From NCBI RefSeq assembly GCF_036588685.1, contig NC_086373.1:77748001-77812000 (forward strand): DNA of 64,000 bases, read 5' to 3'. Positions 51,071 through 63,817 of the stretch are shown one piece after another. The stretch comes from Mytilus trossulus (lineage: Eukaryota). Numbering within the stretch: the first letter of the stretch is position 1; each line of letters starts with the position of its first letter. A program made the translations under genes and the position numbers. The notes under the pieces were generated by a model. That model was not told the DNA's origin and searched no databases. It worked only from the letters and a program-made list of their open reading frames with translations.

Positions 51071-53924
51071 TAATGTTAATAATTAGTTTCTTTATAATGT
51101 TTTCACATTTCTTGATCAGTGTGAAAAATATATTTAGTTAAATATCTATTCTCTGCAAATAATTGGATGAAACTTATCATTACCTCAAAATTTTAACAGA
51201 TATATGTTAACCCCAAGTGAAGTATGTAAAATAGGACAGATATTTTTTTCCGATTTCAAGGGGCCAAAACATTGTTCTTATCCTTTGTTACAAATTTAAT
51301 TTATTTTTTGGTTTTAAAATTATAACACAATATTGATTGCTGTATTTTTTACTTTGATACCTATTATGTTGGGTTTTATTGTTTGTTTTGTTCACGCATC
51401 GTTGTCAATATAATGGAATTTGATGATCCTTTCTGTACAATACACCTTTTTTACACAAGAAAATGCCTGTATCAAGTTAGGAATATGACAGTTGTTGTCC
51501 ATTCGTTTGATGTGTTTTATCATTTGATTTTGCCATTTGATTACGGACTTTCCGTTTTAAATTTTCGTCGAAGTTCAGTATTTTTGTGATTTTACTTTTT
51601 GTAACAATTAGAACTACAGTTTTTGTCGTCAACTTGGAAGCTTGTCTTAATCGATAAAAAAAAGTAAAAGTAAGCATAAAAATTTACAGTACATGCTTTA
51701 AATGACACGTAAGTATCTTTCTGCTTTCAATCTTCTTATTTCCATTTGTTTTCTTATTCTGTCTCTTGAATAAATGTTCCATCATTAAATGGACAATTAG
51801 ATGAATCTAGCAACTTAAGGGATTTAAGGGTAGAATAAATATTGCATACATGTCTTGCAAACAGTGTATCCCGAATAATTTGAACACTAAACAGAAATTA
51901 CATTTTGATGTTAAAAAGACAATCACGTCTTACGTATAATATAAATATGTTGTAAATAAACCAATCAATCATCTTAATGATGTCAGTTGTATATAAAATT
52001 TTGTTTGAATCAAAGTAGTTTTATGCACATAATGTTTCATTCCTTCCTTTAACAAAATATTTATATGAACGTTGCCCATTCTTTTTTGTTATGACAATTA
52101 GTATCAACTACCTTTTCTTTTTCGGAAAGACTGAGTCTTCTTAATTTTTTCATTTTGACCATTGTATTGCACAATCCTCTAGTTTTCTGTCTAGAAATGG
52201 AAGACATAATGTTAATACACCTCTATAAAGAGAAGAGTTGTTTGACTATGTTCGGGTCACCATTTACAACGTGGCTTATCTAGTTATTATTGTACAAGAA
52301 CGTTGCTATCAGTGATGCAACTGCTTTAATATTATGTTTTTAAGGCCTTACTTGCGAACAATATACGTGATACCACTCAAATTCATTTTAAGTTAATACA
52401 GAATTAAATATCGCCTGTTTTACGTGCAATACCTATTCACATATAATTCGTCTTTACTTAAATCACTCTTTGCATGTACCCCCTTTATCACAGAAATGAG
52501 AATTTAAATGAAATATCTACTGGAGTTCTTCTTCCAAATATATATATTATCATAACCACCAAACTAAAGTTGTTCCATATATATGAATGGAATACAACAT
52601 CTTATTAATATTTTAATTCTTTACAATAGAAATTGCAATATGAAAAGTAGAACTGGTATATATGAATGACATATTTTGATATTAAATATTAAGGTTATGA
52701 ATTATGTAATTGTTCTACAAATTAGATTTCAATTCCCTGCGGTAAAATTCAGCGAAAGCGACTATTATTTTTCTTTATTGTTTGTGTAAATTTTGATACT
52801 GTCGCCTCGATTGAATTGATCTATATGACATTCCAAAAAATCATTTTAAAATAAATGTGTCATGGACATTGAAATCCGTACAAAGTATTATCTCATCATT
52901 ATTTGAAGATATAACGGTAGAGTGTTAGACAGTCACGACGAGTTGATAAATTTCTGTCTGGTTCCCAATGAGTTGAATAGTGAATCTATAGGAAAAATAA
53001 ATTCAATCCACCTTTACCTTTTTATTTGCTTTAGACAAAAACTACACAGCCCCATCATATCTTAAATTCGATAAAAGTATACGCGATTTCTCCATGGAAT
53101 CACATCAAATTGACCGCGATTCGCTTCTGACATTTATAAAAGTACAATTGTGACAGCAAAGGATGTCATTATATAAATGTTGATGGCATGTGGGTGATTA
53201 TGTCGACACGAAAATTTAAATTAGATATGATGTTGTTACAAAATACCAATTTCTGTAACCGATCTTGCATCAATATTGAGGTTATGAAACCCTCCAACCG
53301 TTTCGCACGTGTCTTTCTGATAAAGAATTCAATTTTGAAACATGTGTTCACTATGCTTAACACACATTACCTGTAGTAAAACTTCATATTTATTAAGTTT
53401 ATCTGATTTTAATGCATATTAAAGAAGGATAGCAATTCAATAGACGTAATGAATAATATCTAGATTAGAAATAAGTGATTCGAAAATTTCATAAAGTTCA
53501 ATCTCAATCAGAAGAGAATTAAGTTATAAAATTGTGAAGGACAGCATAGAATCAAAGTAAGTTATTGATCAAGGCAAAACATGAAGTCTTTAAAACAGTT
53601 TGAAGACAAATTCAAATTCAAAAGTTGAAGAGTTTTCAATATTATAAAATTTGTTTTATTTCCCGGTTCTTTAGTTCTTTTTGTACCTTTTTACTTCCTT
53701 GTAGACTTTCCTCATTTGGGCATTCGGTGTTCCTAATGATGGCAAATTCTGGAAAACGGTAATCCGAATTTGTCATTTTCTAGCATGATTGGTTATCGCA
53801 TTCGGTTTGGTTTAATGGACATTTCTTGATTGAAAAAAAATACATTGTTAGCTGTAATAGATTCGTCAATTTATTTGCTTTTTAAATATTAAATTATCAA
53901 ATCAAAATAATTTATTTTGAATTT

Positions 53925-55680
53925 TATATATCAGTTTATCATGCATCCAGAGGCGTATACAAAAACTACGATGTAATATGAGTACAAGAATTACTAACCC
54001 TTTCGAGAATGCGGATGTTGTGCATGCTTTATCCTCTTTATATGACAAGTATGTCGTTGTTCCAGCAGATAAAGCCTCCAATGATACTGTCTTCATATGT
54101 GAAAAATATTATATGCAATGTCTCACAACAGAGCTTGGAATAAATAAAAATACTGGTAACCATACATATTCTTTAACATCATTTACCAAGGACGAAATTT
54201 TACAAAATCATAAATCTGTCCTTCTTTCTTTTGGTATCAACATCAAAGAAAACGAAGAAAACTTTCCTTCATTATACTTGATACCTAAATTATAAAAAAA
54301 CTCCATATAAAGATCGACACATAGCTGGGTCTTCAAAATGTTCGACTAAACATCTTTCTAAAGTACTGACTACTATTCTTTTTACAGTTAAAGATGGGCT
54401 TCAAAAATTACGTAATGAGATATATTCTACCAGTGGTGTTAACCAGATGTGGATTCTCAAAAATTATTTGAAAGATCTACTGCTTAATCTCCGATCACAA
54501 CCTTTGCAATTTTGCAGCAACATAAAAACTTTAGATTTTTCTACGTTATACACTACTTTTCCCCATGCTCAGTTGAAAGATCGACTTCACCATCTCATAA
54601 AACATTTTTTCTATAAAAATGGAATCGTAAATACAAATTTCTTGTTTTGGGTAACAATAATTCATATTTTGCGAGGAATTACACTGAATCCTCCAGAAAA
54701 TATATTGAAGATGATATAATCAAAATGCTGGACTTTTTGATCGGCAATATATTTGTTGAGTTTGGAGGATTTATATCTCAACAGACAGTCGGTATTCCAA
54801 TGGGTACTAATTGTGCACCCCTGCTGGCCGATTTGTTTTTGTACTCGTATGAAGCATAATTCATTCAGAACCTTCTTAAGACAAAAAAAAAGCACCTTGC
54901 GAAATTCTTTAATTTTACTTTCCGATATATTGATGATGTTTTATCATCGAATAACCCATATTTAAGCCAATACTAACATCTCATACTAGTATATCCCAGT
55001 GAACTTGAAATTAAGGATACTACTGATACTAGAAGGACTGCTTCATACCTTGACCTTTTCCTCAAGATGGACAACTTCACACGAAAATCTATGATAAACA
55101 GGACGATTTCAACTTCCAAATTATCAATTTCCGATTTATCAGCAGTAACATACCCTCTGCCCCTTCGTATGGTGTTTACGTATCACAATTGATACGTTAT
55201 TTTCGTGCTTGTTCACCCTATACGGACCTCACTGATGATTCTTTAGCAGACGAAACGCGCGTCTGGCGTGTATACTAAATTTAGTCCTGGTATCTATGAT
55301 GAGTTTATTCATATACAGGAGTGTGCCCCTTACGCAGAAACTGCTCCAACAAAGTTATTGGGAGGACAGAATAACATTGACACTCCGACACCATCGCGAA
55401 TTGGTGGATACATACAATGTGTCTTTGACCAAACTAGCTAAGGACATTTTAACCACATGGAAGATTGTTGTTTGTCATTACGTCGTCTTATCTTTTAATT
55501 ACCAAACGTGAATTATTCCCAATTATGACTGTTTTTGCTGAGTGTGAATTCGCATTACTATGAGACGTGTTATGGTACTTATCTATCCCTAATTCATGTA
55601 TTTAGTTTAAATGTTTAATGTTTTATTTGTAATTTTCATCGGATTTGTCAAATGTGTTGACGTCTTTTTTATTATATTCA
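53925..55680 (+). mobile_element. Decayed Penelope-like retroelement (RT region plus 3' non-coding segment)
   Basis: Frameshifted motifs VVVPADKASN, LYLIPKL.K.PYK.R.IAGSSKCSTK, MWILKN, KTLDFSTLYT, QTVGIPMGTNCAPLLADLFLYSYE, FRYIDDV, SYLDL, YDK.DDFNF, SNIP..PSYGVYVSQLIRY: a PLE-type RT. No GIY-YIG domain was seen. Confidence 0.85.
55231..55310 (+). mobile_element. 80-bp 5'-truncated retrozyme insertion (hammerhead core to 3' end) inside the PLE RT frame
   Basis: ACTGATGATTCTTTAGCAGACGAAACGCGCGTCTGGCG...TATCTATGATGAGTTTATTC. Removing it restores FRACSPYTDL-IYRSVPLTQKLLQQSY. Confidence 0.85.
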
Positions 55681-55866
55681 TGTGTTATGGTAAAAAAATT
55701 AAAGAAAATTAATCACCGCCTTCATTTATTAGATTTCATTTTGTTCAACGATGTTTGCTGTACGATGTTTTACGTTTGAAGTTAGATTCAAAACAAACCG
55801 GACATACCTATATAATATAGTAAGTTGCTACCTTGGTTTGCTATTTTAAAATAAGTATTGAATATA

Positions 55867-56092
55867 AATAAACTCATCGGAGATACCAGGACTAAATTTT
55901 GTATATACGTCAGACGCGCGTTTTGTCTACAAAAGACTCATCAGTGACGCTCGAATCCAAAAAAGTTAAAAAAGCCAAATAAAGTACGAAGTTAAGAGCA
56001 TTGAGGACCAAAATTCCTAAAAGTTTGGCCAAATCCAGCTAAGGTAATCTATGCCTGAGGTAGAAAAGCTTAGTATTCCAAAAATTCGAAAT
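55867..56092 (-). mobile_element. Retrozyme fragment with hammerhead carrying GAAA to AAAA substitution (55906-55952)
   Basis: GAGCGUCA CUGAUGA GUCU UUUGU AGAC AAAAC GCGC GUC UGACGUA; 3' end GATGAGTTTATTT. Confidence 0.8.
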
Positions 56093-56389
56093 GTTCATTG
56101 TTATCAAATGTAATATCAGTAATTAGAAATGTACATTTTTATTAAATGTAATATCAGTATTTAGTTCAAATATAATCTTAAATCAATTCTAATTTTATCT
56201 TATTCATTCAAATGTGACGTCATTTTTTTTTTGTCGATCTGTTTTACAAATTCATAGGTGACGTCATTTTTTGGGCATTTTTTACAATTTCAAATATGAC
56301 GTCACTTGGCGTTGAGGTTTTAACTTATTCAGATGTGTCTATTTTTTGTACATTTTGTCGAGTTATATAATGTTGGTTGTTTCCTGTAA

Positions 56390-57195
56390 TTATTTAATAC
56401 TTCAGTTTTATCATATATCTTTTGTAAAGTAATTTTATAAAATTTACTGTTTACAAAAGTATAAATTATTCTAAATAATAGGGATGTTCTAGTACCTAGT
56501 TTGGCACAGATTTTTTGAACTTTTGGTCCTCGGTGCTCAACTTTGCACTTGTTTTGGCTTTCAAACTTTTGTATCTGGGCGTCACTGGTAAGTCTTGTGT
56601 GGATAAAATGCACTTCTGGCGTATTGAAATTTTAAACTTGTTGCCTTTTGTTAGCTATTATTCGTGTGTTTCTTTGTCAATTGTGTTCTCCTATTATTTT
56701 TATATTGCAGTCCTGTAATGTTGTGTTGTCATTTTAATGTTATATTTCACATGGCCACAAAAGAGGAAGATTTGACCTGCCACAATACCAGGTTCTACCC
56801 ACCATTGTTTCCTTTTAAAAATGTCCTGTACTAAGTCAGGAATATGGCCATTGCTAAATTATAGTTCGTTTCTGTGTGTTACATTTTAACGTTGTGTTTT
56901 CGTTGTGTCGTTTGTTTTCTCTTATTTTTAAGTGTGAATTCACATTACTATAAGACGTGTCACGGTACTTATCAATCCCAAATTCAGGTATTTGGTTTTG
57001 ATGTTATATTTGTTATTCTCATAGGATTTTCGAATGCTTAGTCCGTTTCTGTGTGTGTTACATTCAATGTTGTGTCGTTGTTCTCCTCTTATTTTTTTAT
57101 GCGTATACCTCAGTGTTAGTTAGTTACACCGATTTTATTTTTGGTCCATGGATTTATGAGTTTTGAACAGCGGTATACTACTGTTGCCTTTATTT
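56390..57195 (+). mobile_element. Composite repeat: decayed retrozyme (hammerhead remnant 56577-56623) joined to a PLE-type 3' tail
   Basis: GGGCGTCACTGGTAAGTCTTGTGTGGATAAAATGCACTTCTGGCG. 56931-57035 matches 55541-55655. Ends GAACAGCGGTATACTACTGTTGCCTTTATT, as at 35393, 38866 and 40065 (-). Confidence 0.65.
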
Positions 57196-59533
57196 ATCCT
57201 TCCTGACGTTCGCTGTTTAGACTAAATCCAAGTTGACCTTATTTGACTGCTATACAATAAATATTTAGAATTCAAGTTATTTTTCTTGCGATGCCTTTTA
57301 AGCACTAATAAGTACTCATACTTAGAGAATTTAAAAAATCGTACGATCATAAAATAGCAAGTCTAACAACAGATATCTTAATTGCATGATCGAGGAAAAT
57401 ATCCTTTTTAAAACTTTCCATCAATCTAAGCAATAGCCACCAAAGATACAAGGGTTATCATTTCGTAAGACAGACGAATGAAAGGTTTTTAGTCAAACAA
57501 ACTGTTGAAAAAACCTAGGTATTTTTTTATCGAAAAGCAGTGATATCCATTACCGAACATTTTTTTATATTATACGATAATTGAACACATTTATACGCAT
57601 CTTGTTTTCATGGACAAAACCACAGCATTATAACGTACGTGTTTTTATGTAAAGAACAAGCATTTACGTCTGTTCTAATACATACTAGTACATGAAACAG
57701 ACGTCATTATTGTGCAGGTACTATATCTTAGATGTAAAAGCCCTAATATATAACATTTGTCTATCAAGAGAAAAGCATTGATTCCCCTAGGAAGTAAATG
57801 GGTAAACTAATATACAATTCTTATTACAAGTTAGCAGATGAAAACATTGAGTGGGCATTTCAATTACTGGAAGTATTAATCGCATGTGTTATTATCCGAA
57901 TTGCACTTATATTGGATTCTTTTGAATGGTATCTGTTGACATTTGTCTTCTCTTTGAAAATGCTTATCTAACTTTTAAGGCAATACTTTTTTTCAGAATT
58001 TAAGTGTTTCATTGACCTTTTAAGAACATCGCCTAGATAACAAACCAGAAAATAATTTCTGATAACATATGGAAAAGTATTTATTCATGAGGAACCATAA
58101 TAAAATGTAACGCGATGTGTTAAAATGGACGATTATCAGGATCTCTCATGACAACATTTCATCTCTACAATGTACAATGCAAGATGCTGAGTTATTTCAT
58201 TGAGTTAATGATAAAATGTAACATTCTATGGTATATTCTTGTGTTTATAATACAGTAGTTTGTATTTACTCTGGCTTTATAAATTTTACTCTTGAAACAT
58301 ACAACTGATGAAATAAGTGTACCTAAAATACTGAACACCAATGCCAATTCAAAACTGGGATATTGATAAAAACTGACAAAATCTAACGCTATCAATCAGC
58401 GAACCAAGTGAACAACAAATGCCATATCTTTCGAAGGTTGATTGACAACAATATATTTGGCATTTAGTAATACGTTAGGGTCGTAATAATAAGTAATCTG
58501 AAAGGTTGCTATGTAGCCCACTCCTGATTTTGAGACGCGTAAACAGGAATGGGTAAAAACGATATCGATCAGATTTGATCTCTTTGACTTTGACGGCTCG
58601 AACTGATCCACAAACGTCTTATTTATTTATTGGACATATAATTAAAGTCACACAACTCCTGCTATATACTAATTATTCTTTGGAAAACTAATGATATATC
58701 CTTGATTAGTTTGTGTGTGGGAAGTCATTACCATAAATAATAAACGGGTTTGATAAACTCGTCAGAATATAGAAACGTCACAGCAAAAAGAACAACAACA
58801 TTTAACGAAGAGTGACAAGCAACTATTTAATATTTTCCATTACATTAACCATACTCCGAGGAGTATAAAAAACGCGGTTATGATATCAAACGTGTGTATA
58901 GAATAAGTAATTCTACAGACAAAAGAGCCACACAAATGTATTCATCTCCTTATGATATAGTATCGTTTCTAATCCAGGTTGTGAAACACAACGTTGAATA
59001 CATAAGCTGTTTATGAACACTGGGTTACTATTGTGCTATGGTATTTATTTTTTTTTTTTTCGTTTTTTTAATGTGCTTTCTAAATGCCTTTTTTGTCTTT
59101 TTGTTGACATATTTGATGTTTTTATTTTGATTAAGATTATAACACAATGTTCACTGCTGCATCCCTATCTTTGACAGATTTACCTATTATGTCTGTTTGT
59201 TTTTCTTTACAAATCGTTGTCAATATAATAGAATTTCTAGCAATTGTTACAAGTGAGAAATTAAGCTAGTTAAAAAAAACACCATTTTTTATATAAGAAA
59301 ATAATTGTCATAATACAGGAATATGACAGTAGTTATCTATTTGAACTTTTGATTTTGTCATTTGTTTAGGGACGTTCCATGATTTAGAATTTTTCTCGGA
59401 GTTTGGTATTTTGTTATTTTTCTGTTAACTTCAATCGATCGTTGTTTTATAAAGCGATGGCATTATACAAAGGAGATTTTTAAAATTGAATTAACAGTGT
59501 GAAACATATTTCAACATTTAGATTGTTTCCACA

Positions 59534-60357
59534 TTTTTAGCTCACCTCGTCCGTCGTCGTCGTCGTCGTTAACATTTTACATTTTGAACTTCTTCCAGAG
59601 AACCACTGAATGGAATGAAACCAAACATGGCATGAATGTTCCTTATGATGTGCTGACCAAGTGTTGTTACTTTGTAGCCGATCCATCATCCAAGACGGCC
59701 GCTAGCGGGGGACTTAGTTTAACATAGGACCCTATGAGAAATGCATACAAATTACTTCTTTTAGGGAACCACTGAATGGAACGAAACCAAACATGGCATG
59801 AATGTTCCTTATGAGGTGCTGACCAAGTGTTGTTACTTTGTAGCCAATCCATCACCCATGATGGCCGCCAGCGGGGGACTTAGTTAAACATAGGACCCTA
59901 CGGGAAATGCATACACATGACTTCTTTTAGAGAACCACTGAATGGAATGAAACCAAACATGACATGAATGTTCCTTATGAGGTGCTTACCAAGTGTTGTT
60001 ACTTTGTAGTTGATCCATCATCCAAGATGGCCGCCAGCGGGGGACTTAGTGTAACATAGGACATATGGGAAATGCATACAAATGACTTCTTTTTGAGAAC
60101 CACGGAATGGAATGAAACCAAACATTGCATGAATGTTCCTTATGAGGTGCTGACCAAGTGTTGTTACTTTGTAGCCGATCCATCATACAAGATGTCCGCC
60201 AGTGGGGGCCTTTTGAATAAAACCCAACATAGCCTGAATTTTCCTTTCCGTATGAGGTTGTATTATTACTTTTAGCCAAATTTTATATGTTATCAAATGA
60301 TTTCAAAAACCCAAGTAGAATCAGGTGAGCGATACAGGCTCTTGAGAGCCTCTAGTT
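59534..60357 (+). mobile_element. HINE-type element with ~3.8 x 166-bp tandem units
   Basis: TTTTTAGCTCACCT start, (GTC)n microsatellite, units starting 59601/59767/59933/60098, subterminal AGGTGAGC (60323-60330), 3' hairpin AGGCTCTTGAGAGCCT, then CTAGTT. Confidence 0.8.
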
Positions 60358-63130
60358 CTTTTGTACTAAAAACACGTTTTACATTTAATTTCTTACACAT
60401 AAGATTTGATTTTATTAGATTACGTGAATGCTTTTCTTTATTTGTTTAACATAGATGAGATAGGGTATTGATAGTATTTTGAATTATAATCCAAATTGGA
60501 GTTAACTGTATAAAGTCAAAGATGAGACAATTTGTTTACTGTTTGACAATAATACGCCAGGTCAAAATATATAACGTTATAAACAGATAATTCCGATAGA
60601 GAAGACAGCGTTGACGTTTAAGTTAATCCATAGGAATAACTCCAAAAGATATAAATATCATAAACTTCGGGCTCTAAACGTTCTTAAGATCTGTACTAAG
60701 GAATAAAAAAGAGGAACATACCGAAGGGACTTCAAATACTCGTAAGTGTAAGAAAAGCTGACAAACGTTATTCAAAAAATGATAAGCAATGGGAAGACAA
60801 ACAAGTTCACAAAATACTTGATAAAAAAACATTAATTAGTTTCATTCGAGTGATTTTATCAACGTGTTTGGTTTTGCAGGATATAGGTTAACATTTAATC
60901 GTGTCAACTAAATTTTGTAAACTAGATTGAATTCCTTTCTTACTGATTCCCTGCTAACAATGATTTTTGAGTCACACGAGATGTGGTGTCTGCAATATAT
61001 AAGATTATAATTGGGTTCTGTTGAATGAGATAAAAAAAAAAAACGTTAATAGAAGTAAAATACTTAATTTTCAAGCGCTGACCGAATCGCTTCATCTAAA
61101 ATAATGATTTTTCATTGACGATTTTGTTTTTGTCTCTCTTTTGTGTCATGAGTTTTCTTTACCATTATTTTTTTCTTCTTTATTTTTGGAAAAACGGAAT
61201 ACGGAATGTGCTCTTTAACGTGGTGGTGTAAAGCAAGAAACACAGTGTATGAGCGGCGAACCATTGTAGAAAGTAATATTGATACGTCTACAAATTCATT
61301 ATTGTTGGCTTACGCTTCATTCATAGAGCTTGGAAACTGCATAAATATTTGTGGTTTACTGATATATTTTTTGTATTCATGATCCTATAATTTTAGATTG
61401 AATGTTAAAACCTGATACCCTTTATATCATCATAAAAATAGTCCGATCTAGTGACTTGTTTTTCAACTTAAACTTTTGTCTTGTCTTAGTTCAACAAAAT
61501 TCAAGTATTACTTCAAACCTATCCATACCTATGCTTGTCTTAAGAAGAAAAGTACGGACTGGGTAGCGATAATACACGGAGGTGTTGATGAGTGCTAGTT
61601 TCATAGAAACAATGACAAATGCAAAGTTCTATTTGTAAGAGATTGTAATTCCAGTTTATTGGTTTATCTCTTTCTTGATAAGGATAGTATTAACTTGTAC
61701 AGAAGACATGAGAAAAGTGAACACAGTATAGTAAGCTATTAAAAGGTGAAAAAACGAACTCAAATGAAAATTCTAAGCTGCAGAAAGTCCGTTAACAAAT
61801 GGCGAAATCAAACGTTCGAATACATCAGACGAATGGGAATCAACTACTAGTACCACATGCCTGGCTTAGTTCAGATAATATATCTACCTAACTATTTCTG
61901 TATATACTCTCTTTTTCTTTATATATAAATTCAAATTATAATAGCAAAAGTGAACATTTATATTTATAAGCGTGGCTCAGTCTAACTGATGCAGTAACTA
62001 CTTCAAACTTATATAAGATTATAAATTTTACACTTAATTGCCTGTTACAAAACAACAATTTGTATGAAACTCATTAAGGTATTAAAGTTGCATATACAAA
62101 GAGGCATTTGTATATTTTTATACAGAAAACATATGTTTTCTATGAGGATACCTGCATGGACATTTGATCACTGTATTTCCCTCCCCCTTTATATGTACAT
62201 TTCTTCTGTTCGTGACGTAGGGTAAACGATTCGAATAAGGAAGTCATTTGACAACGCATGTCTTTGGATAGATAAACCAATAAATTGGAAGTACACTCTC
62301 TCGCGAATGAAAGCTTGCATTTTTTTGTTTTAATGAAACTACTTACTCTCTTCGACTTATTTGGGGGTTAATTTATGGCTACCAAGCTCATACTTTCACT
62401 TGTGGTCAACATGTTTATATAGAATGTATCAGTAATTGTCACAGCATAATCAGTGAAAAATGCTAGACTCTAATCTAAAAAAAAACAATGATCGTTCTTT
62501 CATAATATTGCTTGGAACGTATAGTTATGTTATGCTTGAAACGGTTTAGGTTTTTCTGGTCATTCGAAACTCGATAGTGTTCACGCTGAAGAAGTAAAAA
62601 AAGAAAATATTTGATTTCATTATGTGGTTACTAAGTACTCCCTCGTATTTCACGGACTGCTGACTTTACACATTAGAAAATAGGAGTTTTTGGTTACATT
62701 TCGAACTTCTTTAACAATCATATTAGCCGGTTCATCTTGAGGTAAATAGGTCGATCAGAGTTGCACTTCATATATAGATCTAAAGCTTAACGAAATCAGA
62801 CTTTAACTTTTGTCACATGGAATTACTTTCAGGCATGACAATTCTATGTGTAGATCTTAATTTGAGATTATTTTCAAGTTTCAGCTAATAATTGTTGATT
62901 CAATAAGAAAATCTCCGATAATCACTCTTTACAGAAATAATTACAATTCTCTTCATTTAGAAAACACATCCGATTAAACCGCTGAAAATGAGCCTGATAT
63001 TACGGAGGAATTCGTTTTATATGAATATTGAAAGCTTTCTAAATCTAAATTAGATTTAAGAAACCAAGGTGTGTCAAGGAGCAACTAATCCTTATCATTA
63101 ACTTGTCACAGTTACCACCATTCAAATGTT

Positions 63131-63817
63131 GTACGTCAGCCGCGCGTGTCGTCTACATAAGTGGTTGAGGACCACCAAAGACCCCAAATAACAAAGGTTT
63201 TGTCAAATACAGCTCGGTAGTAGGTAATATATTCCTTGGCAAAGAACATTACATTTTGTATCAGCACATTTTCGATTGGGTACTTTCGAATGAGTTTCTA
63301 TTTTTGTTTCAACGACCACTAGGTCGATGACTTCTAATGCGGGTTTTCTCTCCGTTATTTTTTCTTCATTATTTTGTCACTTCATCTTCTAGATTCGAGC
63401 GTTATTCACGAGTATTTTGTAGATAAACTGTAGTCTAGTATCTATGATCAGTTTATTATCTTAGAATTTCGAAAAATTCTATGTTTTTGCAAACAGTTAA
63501 TTCATTATTATTACCATGTCAATGCATGATTATTCGTGTCATAACATATGTGGTGACTACTTTGCTGGTTGTACGATCAGGTAAGAAATCTTAACTAGGA
63601 GTGGCATCGACCCAGAAGTTATAAATAAACTCATAGATACATGGATTAAAATTTGTGCACTAAAAAGACTCAGTCATAACACTCGAATCCAAAAGTTGAC
63701 ACGACAAAATAATGAACGGAAACCTTCATCAGCAGTAGCATCGACCTAGAGTTTGAAAAATCGAAAATAGAAATTCATTCGCAAGTACCCAATCGAAAAT
63801 ATGCTGATACAAAATGT
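63131..63817. mobile_element. Cluster of decayed retrozyme fragments in both orientations with a ~200-bp inverted duplication
   Basis: Minus-strand retrozyme pieces at 63131-63250 and 63458-63750. 63251-63457 is an inverted copy of 63625-63817. Confidence 0.6.

Noticed and set aside
58396-58680. Possible LINE endonuclease remnant (SNLIDIVFT..SGV) on the minus strand
   Set aside because: Too short and degenerate to call without a profile search.
59595-60279. Regularly spaced repeats resembling a CRISPR array, and repeated short ORFs
   Set aside because: Whole 166-bp units are repeated with no unique spacers, there are no cas genes, and the context is eukaryotic.
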